DNA of 63,214 bases, filler included, from Choristocarpus tenellus KU-1152 (taxonomy: Eukaryota; Protista; Phaeophyceae): the NCBI GenBank assembly GCA_964200185.2. It is 9 parts of 9 records of this genome, joined end to end, with 100 filler letters (N's around TTAATTAATTAA, not from the genome) between each part and the next. Parts side by side here need not be neighbours in the genome. Positions count along the whole stretch, not along the records: positions 1 to 6,163 come from CAXNAD020008791.1; positions 6,264 to 12,055 come from CAXNAD020009742.1; 7 more parts are not named here. One strand, 5' to 3'. Positions 1 to 12,155 of the stretch are shown here, piece by piece. Made by a program: the position numbers and the translations under genes. How positions within the stretch are numbered: the stretch's first letter is position 1; each line of letters starts with the position of its first letter. The notes beneath the pieces were generated by a model. That model ran no database searches and was not told where the DNA came from. It saw nothing but the letters and a program-made list of their open reading frames with translations.

Positions 1-552
1 GTGCGGGGGGGGGGGGGCGAAGGTCTGGTCTGCCTCTCTTGCTGTGGAATGTACTGTGGTGGGATGGGAGATGGGAGATGGGGGATGGGGGCTGTTGTGC
101 TCTGTAGTGTCTTGCTCTGAGAGGAAGTAAGCGCATGGTGAAGCCCTCGCGTGTCGTGTGATGGGTTTGGGATGGGGTTTTTTTTGGCATCTTTTTAATT
201 TAATTTTAATTTTAATTTTAATTTTAATTTTTTTCTGAGGGGTGTGTGCTTGGGGAAAAAGCTCGAGGTACTTTTGAAATCTGTGAATCATATTTCTTCT
301 TTTATTTTTTTGTTTTATTTTTTATTTTTTTATTTTTTATTTTCTTTGCCTGTCCAACATGGTGCGCTATGTGTTGGGGTTATGTGAAGTGTCAATGTGT
401 GGAAAATCATTGCATATATATATACATACATAAATACCTAATTTTTTTTTTCCTTTTCCCTTTTATTATTTTTTTTCCTTTTTTTTGAGGATGATGCCCT
501 TTTTGGGGTCGTGAGGGGTATGTCTCTCAGTCATAACTGGAGGAAGATCGCA

Positions 553-672
553 CAAGTTGAAGTTGAATTTGAATTTCATGTTGAATTTGTATTTGAACGT
601 GAAGTTGAATTTGAATTTGAATATGAAGTTGGTGTTGAAGTTGGTGTTGAATTTGAAGTTGAAGATGAATTT
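553..672 (+). repeat. Degenerate hexamer microsatellite (GAAGTT/GAATTT)n
   Basis: Run of gaagtt/gaattt/ggtgtt units; explains the EVEFEF pseudo-ORF. Confidence 0.8.
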
Positions 673-1212
673 AGGGATTTGCAGGTTTCCTCGTGACGCA
701 GTGGTAAAGGGCAGACCTACCTAACTATCAGTGAAGTATGATCTACATTGAACCGATATCCATTCTAGTTCCTATGTCACTGGAGGATATCTTTAGATGT
801 GATGTATTTTTTAATCACTGCGAAAGCGGCATGACCCGGTTAGGGTTAGGGTTAGGGTTTGTTAGCTTGTGTGTGGGTTTCAGGTCATTCCATGACACAA
901 TTTCGTTTTCTTAATAACTTTTTTTATTATCGGTAACGCCACTATTTTTTATTTTTTGTTTTAAAAATGAGGTTTGAAGTTTTGCTGCCCTCCTCTTTAG
1001 GGATAATGATATTTAAGAGGGGGGTGACATTGACTTTATTGTGTCTTGAGCACTGTTGGTAGTGTTGGTAGTGTTGGTAGTGTGGAAGGCAGTTTTGTTC
1101 TCTTGTGATGTGTTTGTTTGAGGTGTGGGTGGCTTGGTGCTTATTGTGCAGGGTTCGAAAAGAGCTTGGTCGATTGATTTCTTTTGAAAGAGCGGTTTCA
1201 CCTGCTTGGTAA

Positions 1213-1434
1213 ATGGTTACATGTATGTATGTGTGTGTATGTATGTATGTATGTATGTATGTATGGTTACATGTATGTATGTGTATATGGTTACATGTAT
1301 GTATGTATATATGTATGGTTACATATATGTTTGTGTGTATGTGCGTATGTATGTATGTATGTATGTATGTATGGTTACATGTATGTTTGTGTGTATGTGT
1401 GTATGTATGTATGTGTATATATGTATATGTATGT
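1213..1434 (+). repeat. (TGTA)n/(TG)n compound microsatellite with recurring ATGGTTAC
   Basis: Directly visible; ATGGTTAC recurs five times between TGTA runs. Confidence 0.9.
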
Positions 1435-2418
1435 TTTTTTTTAATGCAGGTAGAGAGATCTGTTTTCGGTTGTTGAGATTGCTGTTTCTGTTTTTTTTTT
1501 TTTTTTAAAAATTTCAAATTTTATTTCTGTCTTTGATTGAAGGGGTCTTTTCTTCTTGAGTGTGTTGTGCGGCATGGTTAAGTTTTTGTAGTTTTATCTT
1601 TTTATGTTTTTTATCCATATGGATTTGGTACTATACAGGTAGGTAGGAGGTACCTTTGATGAATGGAGAAAAAAAGTAGATACATACACTGTTTGAATTC
1701 ACAATGAATGCTCCTATTGTTACATACATTGTCACTGCTTTACTTACTACTGATTTAATGCACATTATATTATTATTATTTATTATTATTATTATTATTA
1801 TTATTGTGGTTACAAGTATTGCTGAATATATCATGACCTTAAACTGACAACAACGATCAACTCTATCCCTGTTTGATGGGTCTTGATTTGTTCTGATTGT
1901 GTATGTATGTATGTATGTGTGGGGTGATGGTGATGGTGGTGGTGGTGGTGGTGGTGGTGGTGAAGGTACCAATGTTCTGGATTATTGTGAGGCAAGTGAG
2001 GATCAACAGATGACCTTTCCTCCCATGGAGATCACTGATGAAGCAGAGGTGAGAAGATTTGGATTTGGAGAAAATTGAGGTTTGATTTTTTTAATTTGTC
2101 TGTGGTCATGCCCTCCCTTCCCCTTCATAGTTTATTCTGATTGGTGTATGTATGTATGTTTCATGTCATTAGGTGTGTTTGCTTGAAATTGGGTTAGTGT
2201 GTGTGTGTTTTCATGTTTTGTTTTGCTTTATCTGTGTGTGGGTGATTTTATCGATGAATTTAGATAGTTTTTTTCAGTCACCCCTAGTGATGTACACTGT
2301 CTCTCTAGATACTAAGGGCTTAGATTGTTGTTGTATGGTTGTAGATTGAACATCAAAATGATTAGGGCTAGAGTTTTTTCAGTGAGATGGTATAGTATGT
2401 GACTGGTGTACTGCTTAG

Positions 2419-2582
2419 GGGGTATACCTTATTGTTGTCTGTGGACGATGGATACTGTACTAATGGGGTGCACCTTATTGTTTTCTGTGGACGGTGGATA
2501 CTGTACTAATGGGGTATACCTTATTGTTGTCTGTGGATGGTGGATACTGTACTAATGGGGTATACCTTACTGTTGTCAGTGG
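2419..2582 (+). repeat. 46-bp minisatellite, about 3.5 copies
   Basis: Unit ggggtataccttattgttgtctgtggacgatggatactgtactaat at 2419, 2465, 2511 and partial at 2557. Confidence 0.9.
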
Positions 2583-3708
2583 TTGTATTTTGTTACAATG
2601 ATTGCCTGCTGACCAGCATTGATTTTTTTAATATCATGACGGAACAATAAAAACGTCAACACTTTCAGCACTTTTTTTAGGACTATTTTCTTAGAATTTG
2701 TGTTATTTTTTTATTTTTTGCAGATGAGGGTGAAGGAACTGTTTTCCAGTGTATGTTTTAGAGGGACCTCAGAGAATGGTAAAGAAAAAACTGTGTAACT
2801 AACCATGGAATTTTTTAATGCAAGTTTGTATGTGCTGAGTTCGAGGTGGTAACAGAGCTTTCATAGAACCTGTGAGGTAACGCCACCCAAGTTTTGGCGT
2901 GACCAACATTTCTGTACTATGGCCTGTCCCTCAACCGGAAAAAGAGCCAGCCAATTATCAAAAATGAAAATATAGTGAATATAGTTCAGGTAAGCTACGA
3001 CCAATCGGAAGGGTTCAAAAGTGTGGATTGTGACTGCTTGAACCTTCTCATTGGTCGAAATTATTATTTGAAACGTCTGTGTGATGTCAGTATCATTGGA
3101 TGTTCAGTAGGTGTTAATTGAGTAGGGTTAGGGTTTTAGGGGTGCTGTGCAGGATTATCGTGTGGTAGGGAATCAATCTGATTGGTGGCCTTGATGTGGG
3201 ATATATATTGAAGGCAGGAGGAAATAGAGGGGGCTCGTTGAAAGTGATTTTGTAACCATGGTATGGCGGTGTTCCTCGGGCGTCGGAGGCCATTTTTTTT
3301 TAAAATTACATCCAGAAATCAAAGAAATTTCTGTGATTTTTTTTCTTTTTTTGTAGATGCCAGAAAAAACGAGAAAATGTTTTGGTTTGTGTATGTATGC
3401 TGTTTTGCAATGAGAATGACTGGGAATGGTGTTATTGAATATGGAATAGTTGTGTTGTATTGGCATAATACCTTTTTTGTATTGGCATGGTACCTTCTTT
3501 TGACACCAGTTTGGACAGATTTGCCAGAGCAGGTGATTTCATATTTTTGTTATTTTTTTGTGGGGGTGTTGTGAAAAAACCAATTGTGGGGTATACCCTG
3601 AAATATCAATGAAGTTGGTTGGACTTGGTGTACCTGTTCTATAGGTTGTGTGAAAGGAAGTTTGTATTGGTGTGAAAATTTTTTGTGCTCTTTTTTTTTG
3701 TATTTGTA

Positions 3709-3803
3709 TGAAGTGGGATGAAGTGGGATGGAGTGGGATGAAGTGAGATGAAATGGGATGGACTGAAATGAACTGAAATGAACTGAAATGAAATGAGATG
3801 AAG
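3709..3803 (+). repeat. 5/10-bp microsatellite (GATGAAGTGG / CTGAAATGAA)n
   Basis: Directly visible. Confidence 0.75.
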
Positions 3804-4275
3804 TGTTGCCATTTACGTTGTTAGCTTTGGAGTGATACGTTGTCAAATGGTGAAAGGGACAGGCCAAAGTATATACATTGATTTTTAATCTACAGATAAG
3901 TTTGCCATCGATTTTTAATGAAACTGCTTTTAAAAAAGCAAGTGTGAAATGTTAGGTGTATATTAGTTAATGCACTGCTTCAATCACAATCGCTGCGTCC
4001 CTGACCTTGCTCACAAACAGAATTGACAGTTACGTTTCATTGATGACCTGATGCATAAATATATATATATATATTTGTTTACCGTGACAAACTCGGCAGG
4101 TAATTTTTACCTATGATGTGAGGTGGGAGATAAGTAACATACCATGGACGGATAGATGGGATATCTATCTATTTGCCACAGGACAAAGCAGGGTGAGTAG
4201 GGTTAGGGTTAGGGTTAGGGTTAGAGAGAGAGAGATTGCTGTTACAACACGTCTTAATTTAACTTATATCTACAA

Positions 4276-4383
4276 TATATGTTAATGATAACATGGACTA
4301 CAGTATATGTTAAGGATAACATGGACTACAGTATATGTTTATGATATCATGGACTACAGTATATGTTTATGATATCATGGACT
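4276..4383 (+). repeat. 28-bp minisatellite, 4 copies
   Basis: Unit tatatgttaatgataacatggactacag at 4276, 4304, 4332 and 4360. Confidence 0.9.
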
Positions 4384-4546
4384 CTGAATACTTCTGGTGC
4401 AGCATATTGGTACTGTGCTATTGCGATGAAAATTTGAAAGTTTGAACACTTTTTTATTATTTTTCATGGTAAATGTTTTTCTTGGTACCATTGTGTCAAA
4501 ATAACCCAGTAAGATGATAGTAAGATTATCAAAATAATAAAGTAGT

Positions 4547-4578
<32 letters not shown>

Positions 4579-5745
4579 TCGTGGTAATTTGATTTGATGA
4601 GGTAGAAAGAAGATGGTGGATGGGGTGTATATTCCAGTCATATTTTATGGTACTGTTGTTATGTTTATGGTACTGTTGTCCTTAGAACTAGAGAATTGTT
4701 TAAGTCATTTTGAATTACCATCCACAACGTTGTTTCACATCTTGATGTTTCACATCACATCTTGATGTGACTCAAATCTTCAAAGAATCATTTGCCCACT
4801 CATGCATTGATTCAATCATCCATCGGTTGTACCAACTATCAGCCCATTCACTCATCCATCCTTTCATCCATCAACCTTTTTACCATTGATTTTTAATTTT
4901 TAATTTTGTGAGTTATTTTTACATGGTATGGGATGCACCACATTGTTAGCACTAATAATACTCAGGATTCAAAGGGCTAGTCAAAACGGGGTATACCTCC
5001 TGTTTCAGGTTGAAATGAGGTAGGAAGCAGGTGAAGAGGAAAAGACTTGCTATGTGCATGAGAAAAACAGAGCCAAATTTTTGTGAAACCAATTGGCATC
5101 AAAAGTCATGCGTACCCCTTAACACCTGGAATGAGGAGGGTATGTAGCCCACTCCATCTAGTATGTTTTGAAACAGGTACATACCCCTTTTTGTCATTAG
5201 GTGACCCGTAAGACCGCCCAAACGGATTTTCTGTTGCATTTGTCTATGGCGTAGAAACCCTTCCCCTAACCCTAACCCTAACCCTACAAGAATAACCCAG
5301 CTTTGAATGAACATCCCACAGGGTGGACAGGTTGACAGCACATTGTTTAATGGTGTGTGTGTGTGGGTGGGTGGGTGGGTGGGTGGGGTCGGTTGTTATA
5401 AAAAGGGTGTGTGACTTATTTAATTTTTTTAAAATTTTATTTTATTTGTTCTGTTTTTTTTTTTACTCGAGAATTTTTAGAATCGTTGACCGGAGAAGAA
5501 TTGTTTCTTCTTGTTTTTTTGTGTGTTGACCTTGGTTTTGGTTCTATATTGTGTTCTATATCGCCTCTCACCTTGGGGATGTGTTTGAACTCGCGAGAGC
5601 TAAATTTTAAATGGTGTTTTTCTAAGGAGAAAAATATCTATTGCCCTAACCCTGACCCTGACCCTGACACCGTACATCACAATTCTTTTGTCTTCCCCAC
5701 AGCATCTCTAAAAAAAAATTGTGTGTGATTTTTATAATTTTGTTT

Positions 5746-5776
<31 letters not shown>

Positions 5777-5973
5777 GTCTTGTCTTGTCTTGTCTTGTGC
5801 GTTTCCTACCCGCAACTAAAATTTTTGTCATCCACAAGGAAATTTCTGATTGGTCAGTTAAGTCAATTAAGTCAGGCGATGCGATGGCGGTTGTGCTTTT
5901 GTCTCCACAAGGAATGGGTGTCAAAGAGCGAGCCGTTGAAGACGACTAACCCTGATGGGTAGATACGATTCTT

Positions 5974-6073
5974 GTATACCCTTTTTGGTCTAGACACTCC
6001 AGCGTGTACCCCCTTTGGACCTACATATACCCTTTTTGGTCTAGACACTCCAGGTGTACCCCTCTTTGGACCG
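5974..6073 (+). repeat. About 52-bp tandem duplication
   Basis: tataccctttttggtctagacactccag...tttggacc present twice. Confidence 0.8.
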
Positions 6074-6163
6074 ATGCATTTGCGTTGCAGAAGGAGCTTG
6101 CTCTCGGAAGAAAAATTATTTTCATTTTTTCAGTATTTTTTTTTTTTAAAGATGGAATGCAGG

Positions 6164-6263
6164 NNNNNNNNNNNNNNNNNNNNNNNNNNNNNNNNNNNNN
6201 NNNNNNNTTAATTAATTAANNNNNNNNNNNNNNNNNNNNNNNNNNNNNNNNNNNNNNNNNNNN
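6164..6263. other. Artificial contig-joining spacer (44 N + TTAATTAATTAA + 44 N)
   Basis: Exact 100-bp structure repeated eight times in the window; TTAATTAATTAA puts a stop in all six frames, typical of a concatenation linker. Confidence 0.97.
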
Positions 6264-7212
6264 AAAAATTCTTGTCTGGAAAAAAATAATAATAATATAT
6301 GCATATATAAATTATATATAAATTTTACGTATACAAAAAAAAAAAACACACACACACAAAAACATGTATGTATATTTATATATATATATATTTATTCACA
6401 ATCCTTGGACGAACACCTGGAAAAGGGGGGTAAAATGATGCAGAGCGAGGTATGATAGGTAGAAGAAAATAAAATAATAATAAGAGGGAATTTTAAAAAG
6501 CACCTCGAACAGCAATGGAGGGAGGGAGGAAGATCGAGGGGAGGGGGAGATGGGGGAGGAAAGTGGTACCGATGCACCAAGGAAAGGAGAGATTGCATGT
6601 GATTGCATGTGCACGCCAGGGCCAAGTGAGGGAAGTACCATAGTAAGGGTTAGGGGGGATAGAAACACAGTGGGTGTTTGATGGTTATTCGAATGGTGAG
6701 TGTGCTGGCACGGGAAAAAAAAAGACAAAAAAAACAAGGAAAAAAAAAACTTTGATCAGCAGCAAGACCTGACCCCAAGGTGCTGAGGTGGGTAGAGGCA
6801 AGGGCAGCGGCTTGAGGTGGGGGGTCGAGGTGATCTGGGGAAGGAGTTCTTACAAGATGTAGAGATGAGAAGGGTGGGAAAAGATTAGGCTGGGTGATGG
6901 GAGTTGTATTTTATTTTGAAACAGAAACACCACCTCAACATAATATTAATTTAAATAATTCGGACAACAAGAGTCAACCCTTGAAGCAACTTGCCTCCAA
7001 AGATGATGTCTCATCACCTCTACAGTTCACCTCTACAGTTCACCTCTACAGTTCTCACAATTATTCTTATTCCAGCACAAAGAGTGATTCAACCCTTGTT
7101 GAAAGAAACTCTAAAAGTTATTGCTGCTAGTTTCTATGGAGTCCCCCTAAAAAAACAAGATTGCAAAAGAGAGGCATGAGGTCTCTACACCAATAGGTAT
7201 CACATGCTTGAA

Positions 7213-7249
<37 letters not shown>

Positions 7250-7694
7250 ACACCAAAAGGCGAACCCCCCAACCACCCCCCCCCACTCTGCTGCACCAAG
7301 ATGTCAACACCTCACAATCTAACTCAACATGTCATAGCACCGCAGTCATTAGACCACTTACTATTACTAATTAGATCAACTTGAAACAAATCCATCCGTT
7401 CTGCTGAATCAAATCCGACAAACACTGAGTTGGGGTCAAGATGTCAGTTGGGGTCAGGCAAAGCCGGTCAAGATGTCCATTGCCCTAGTAGCAGCCAAGA
7501 GGTGGGGTTGAGAGAAAATAAAGAAAATAAAGATGAAAACAGGTCGAGACGTTTCACACAAGTCTACGTGGCAAGAAGAATTAAAAAAAAAAAATTCGAG
7601 TGACTTTTTTTTCACTTAAAAAAATATAAATTATTCTTGGACATGCAAGAAACACAGATTGACACAATCAAAATCGTCACAATTCAAAAATTCA

Positions 7695-7834
7695 AACCCT
7701 AACCCTAACCCCAATCCTAACCCCAACCGCAACCCTTACCCCAATCCTAACCCCAACCACAACCCTTACCCCAATCCTAGCTCTAACCCCAACCCCAACC
7801 CCAACCCCAACCCTAACCCTATAACCCTAACCCT
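7695..7834 (+). repeat. Degenerate interstitial telomere-like (CCCTAA/CCCCAA)n tract
   Basis: About 23 hexamer units; gives the NPNPNP pseudo-ORF. Confidence 0.85.
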
Positions 7835-8000
7835 CACAAACAAAAGAGGCGACAATGAAAATCAAAGTCCAAAGTACACCACCCACCGGCCAGAGAACTC
7901 TTGATCGATCAGAGCCTTCAAGATACCAAAAAATAAAAAATAAAAAAATAAAAAATAAAAATAAAAATAAAAAGAGAGAGAGAGAGAGAGAGCAACTCAC

Positions 8001-8452
8001 ATCCAGCTGATAACCCTTCTGCAGGTGCCTCGCCTCAAAGTACCCCCACACATTCAGGTGCTGCATCCAGACCATCACCACACTGGCTGGGGCCACTATC
8101 AATAGGGGTTTGCCTCCTCTCTGCTGTCCAGGTATCCCACGGCAAGCTGGCTCCCCAGCCTTCCGGCGCCGCTTCAGCTCCCGCCAGTCCTTGGCAGTCC
8201 CTGTGGTCATATATGTATATTTTTTTCACAGCTCGAAGGATTAAAAAAATAAATGTTGGAAAAGAAGGAAGTTATTGCGGCGTCAATAATTAAAAAAATG
8301 AACTCTCGAGCAAGAATAAAAAAGAGTAATGTGACTCAGACCGAGACCACATAAAATAAAAAAAATAAAATAAAAATAACATTCAAGAACATGCCTTGGC
8401 GGTATTTTTATTTTCACCCTAGAAATACAAAATTAAATACTGCAAAAAAATA

Positions 8453-8488
<36 letters not shown>

Positions 8489-10482
8489 CAGCACCTCTTC
8501 AATACCAACACACCACCAGAGTTCCTTTTGGGGTCATTTTTTTTTAACAATCAATAAAGAACATAAATCTTGTCGACTGGAGTGGTAGGTACACTGGAGG
8601 TTGCGGGGTCAGTTAGGGTTAGGGTTAGGGTCAGGGTCAGGGTCAGGGTCAGGGTCAGGGTAGGACTTGAAGTGTAGGAGTGCATCCTATAGGGGCGGCA
8701 GGCAATGGTACACTGTGCAGGTTCATTGATGTAGCAGGTGGGAAGAAGATATGTCAGACATTCACGGGGGGGGGGTAAACCCCAAGGTCCCCTTCAGACA
8801 CGAAGGCAAGGCAGGACAGCACTTGGTAGTCACAAGGGAGGGTACCCAGCAGAAAACTATCTGGTGCTGGTACACTACTGTCAATAGACTTCTTTTTTTT
8901 TGAGTCATTAGACTACAGACTTAGCGTATTAGCATATGACTTGTACTCTCTTAGTGGGGGGGGTGGGGGTGGGTGGACAACGGCCCCGTATTCCATGGTT
9001 ATTTGATGCCCTTCAAACCAGAACATAATTCCATCCATGGACAACCAATCAGTGCATTGCAAAGGCCAACTACCCCACACCAAGATCAAGTCCTACCCCA
9101 CACCAAATCGGAATAACCTCATCGCCGTATCTTTTCATCAACGGCGTAGCAAACGAGTACTGCCACAAGGGATAAAACCATGACCATGGAGGTGAACGCA
9201 CCCCTTCCCCTCCAATTACCATCAAAGCAGTGCACACTCCCCTATCATGGCGGTGATGCTGCTCACCGGTCTTTTGCAGGATCACAGAGATCAGCGCAAT
9301 GGTCTGCACAGTCTTTCCCAGCCCCATATCATCCCCCAGAATGCCGCCCCTCCCCTGGGCGTACTTGGAATAGAGCCAGCGCACCTGTTGTCAATCAGGC
9401 GTTCCAGCGTAGGGGATGAAGGAGGTCAGTGGCACATGGAGGGTGTGGGGCGGTGAGGAAGGGACACCAACCAGACCTATTACAAATTCTCTGGGGGAAT
9501 TCATACCTTGTTTGCAAATAAGCACACTGTTCACACTTGCTGCTTCATGCCCATCGTCTTCAACCAATTTGCAGACACCAGGAAGTGCAGAGTAATTTTC
9601 TAACTTTACTTAGGGTTAGGGATACCTTCCTACTGGTTTGTTCGCTCAAAAACCCACTCCCACCCAGTAGCAAACTTGTCACCATCAACCCCATCAGTAC
9701 ACCCATCCACACCTCACCTTTGCACTATTGTCACACCACCCCTAGTACCACTATGCATATAATCCTAATCCTGGCAGTACACGCCCTTCACCAGCATCAG
9801 GTCCTGCCTGCCAATTCCTCACTCCCCAACGACCCCCTTTCATCAGTCCTCACTTCTCATTCAGAACGCCAACCATCCACAACAGCCCCCATCCCAATGT
9901 TCTATGCACTCACGCCTGTTCGCTGGTAGTCCTTGAGGTACCGGTTGATGGAGGGGTTGATAAAGGCACCCCTGTCCAGGTCATATGGCTCCAGTGGTCC
10001 CAGCCATGTGGGGTTCTCAATATGTGGCCGAAGTCCCCTCTCTAAGTCATCACAACTATCAGAGCCACCTTCTACAATGTCACATTTGCCCACAGACCTT
10101 TCCCCACGCCCCTCCTCCCCATGTGCCATACTACATCCCACAGCTTGAACTCCCCTCTGTCCGCGCTGTTTGGAACTTTCTTTGGAACTTTCTTTTTTTT
10201 CAACGGGTTTAGTACCGGAGGCCCAAAATAACATGAGATATAGATCCACAAGATGGGGTATCAGGGGGGCATTTGATATATAAGGACTGATTTAAGGATA
10301 TTGAGGGTGCAATGTGGTCGAATGTGCGGAGGAGGGGAGAGATGGTATGATAACGAGATGGTATGATAACATCCTTAACTGAGGTAGAGGGTAGTAAGGC
10401 ATACAACAAAAGGTACGGTACCTGTATACAATATTTTGAGCTATTTTTGATCTGGTGGAAGGAAAAAACAGTTTTGGACTTT

Positions 10483-10519
<37 letters not shown>

Positions 10520-11968
10520 TAAACACAAACACACACTCTTTCCACACGTATGCGTTCATAATTGTATCTATACATAAACATGCTTCTGAAGTGAATACTC
10601 TTAGTAGATTTTTCTACATGCTTCAAATAATTGGAATATTTTCTACAGTACAATAACAAACAAAATGATGATATTGAGTGCCATTATTGTAATATTCTTG
10701 CTTTGATTGTGGAGGAGAACACCTGGACTAAGCTGCAATACAAGGAGACAACAGCAAGGACAAACAGTTGCCAAGAAGAAACCACCAAGATGATCTGCCT
10801 CACTCAATCGTGAGATTGCTAATGCACTCACCAATGTCATCAGTGCCCTCGCCGTCAGATATATCAGATGTCACATCCAGGGCTTCTATCCGGTGGTGAA
10901 GATGCTCATCCTGCCACCGCTTCTGGCCTCCTTTCCCCTCACCAATCAGATTACTGCCCCTCCCACTCCCCCCTGCCTCTCCAAAACCATTCCCAGAACC
11001 CAAGCTTGGACTAAAGCTGCCATTGGTATTCCGAGCTGACTTATGGTTAACGTTTCTCCTAGCCGTTGATGTTGCTAGACTGAACCTTGACCCAGGCATG
11101 CGTGACCTAATTTTCCCAACTCCAGCCCTGCCTCCATCAACACCACTGCCTTTCAAGTAACTGTACACCTCCTGGTCGCTGTCACAATCACTGTCAGTAC
11201 CCAAGATATGTGATGGTGGTAGAGACAGAGATGACGACCTGGGCCTCTTCCTGGCCCCTTTCTTGTCATCTTCCCCAGCTGCGCCCCTCCTTTCCTCCAG
11301 TCGTTCGCCCCAAGGTTCACCGTCTCCATCGCTACAGATTCCGCTGCTGTTCCCATCCCTTGCTCGCTTCATTCCAGAGCCCTCTTCAATAGTCTCATAG
11401 TGGCCATGGTTTCCTCTTCCTCTTGGGGAAGGGTTCTGCCCCATCTCCGCATCTGACATCCACTCGTCACCACCTACATCCCTGCTGGGAATAGCAAACC
11501 TTAGGTCAGTTGCAGCTCCTCTTTCAATGCCTTGTATGCCATGCCTCCCTAGCAGCCCTTGTTTCACCGCCTTGCTTCCAAGTACCCGCTTCTGAGCTAT
11601 GGCTGGCACATGCATGTCATGCCTTTCTCCACGTTGCCCTGGACGAGGTACAAACAGTTTCCTACTATCATCCACGCGGAGTGGTATGCCCACATGGACA
11701 GAGGTTCCTGGCGAATGTTCCTCCTGACCATGTTTGGCATATGGACGTCCGCAGTGACTGCGCGGCGAATTACCTTTTACTTCAGGCCAGCCACCGTCAG
11801 AGCACGGCCCTGAGAACTGTGATGGCGAGTGTTTCTCCTCTGACTTTGTATCAGTGATTGGCGACCTCAGCCAGAGGTCTTCTTCATCATCGCCTTCGTC
11901 TGAGGTCTCCACATCAAAGAACGACTTGAACTCTTGTCTAGGAGTAGATGTCCTTGACTCCTTAGGTG
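8001..11968 (-). CDS. ERCC6L2: SNF2/SWI2-family ATPase, ERCC6L2 (plant SWITCH2)-like; partial, multi-exon
   Basis: Minus-strand exons: 10832-11968 (acidic, low-complexity N-terminal part), about 9914-10150 (acceptor uncertain), 9267-9384 and 8001-8200. GT-AG sites and phases match for the last three. Spliced sequence reads [16 protein letters not shown]|[40 protein letters not shown]|TAKDW...[24 protein letters not shown]. This contains the Q motif, Walker A (GDDMGLGKT) and motif Ia. The [19 protein letters not shown] and WGYF signatures match the ERCC6L2 subfamily as I recall it. No later exons were identified in this contig. Confidence 0.85.
8606..8664 (+). repeat. Intronic telomere-like tract (TTAGGG)n(TCAGGG)n
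   Basis: Directly visible within an intron of the SNF2 gene. Confidence 0.85.
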
Positions 11969-12055
11969 CTGGTAGGAGCCAGTGGAAAGGATAAATAAAA
12001 ATGAAATTTAATATTGCGAAAACTCATAAAAGAGCCAGGACTGGAACAATTGAGA

Positions 12056-12155
12056 NNNNNNNNNNNNNNNNNNNNNNNNNNNNNNNNNNNNNNNNNNNNT
12101 TAATTAATTAANNNNNNNNNNNNNNNNNNNNNNNNNNNNNNNNNNNNNNNNNNNN
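12056..12155. other. Artificial contig-joining spacer
   Basis: Same 44N-TTAATTAATTAA-44N structure. Confidence 0.97.

Noticed and set aside
246-1972. ORFs rich in CMYV, HTYI, EVEFEF, poly-P and poly-F
   Set aside because: Translations of microsatellites and poly-T tracts; no domain signal.
7659-7904. NPNPNP ORF (also GLGLG and RVRVRV ORFs at 5099-5341 and 59866-60168)
   Set aside because: Translations of telomere-like hexamer repeats.
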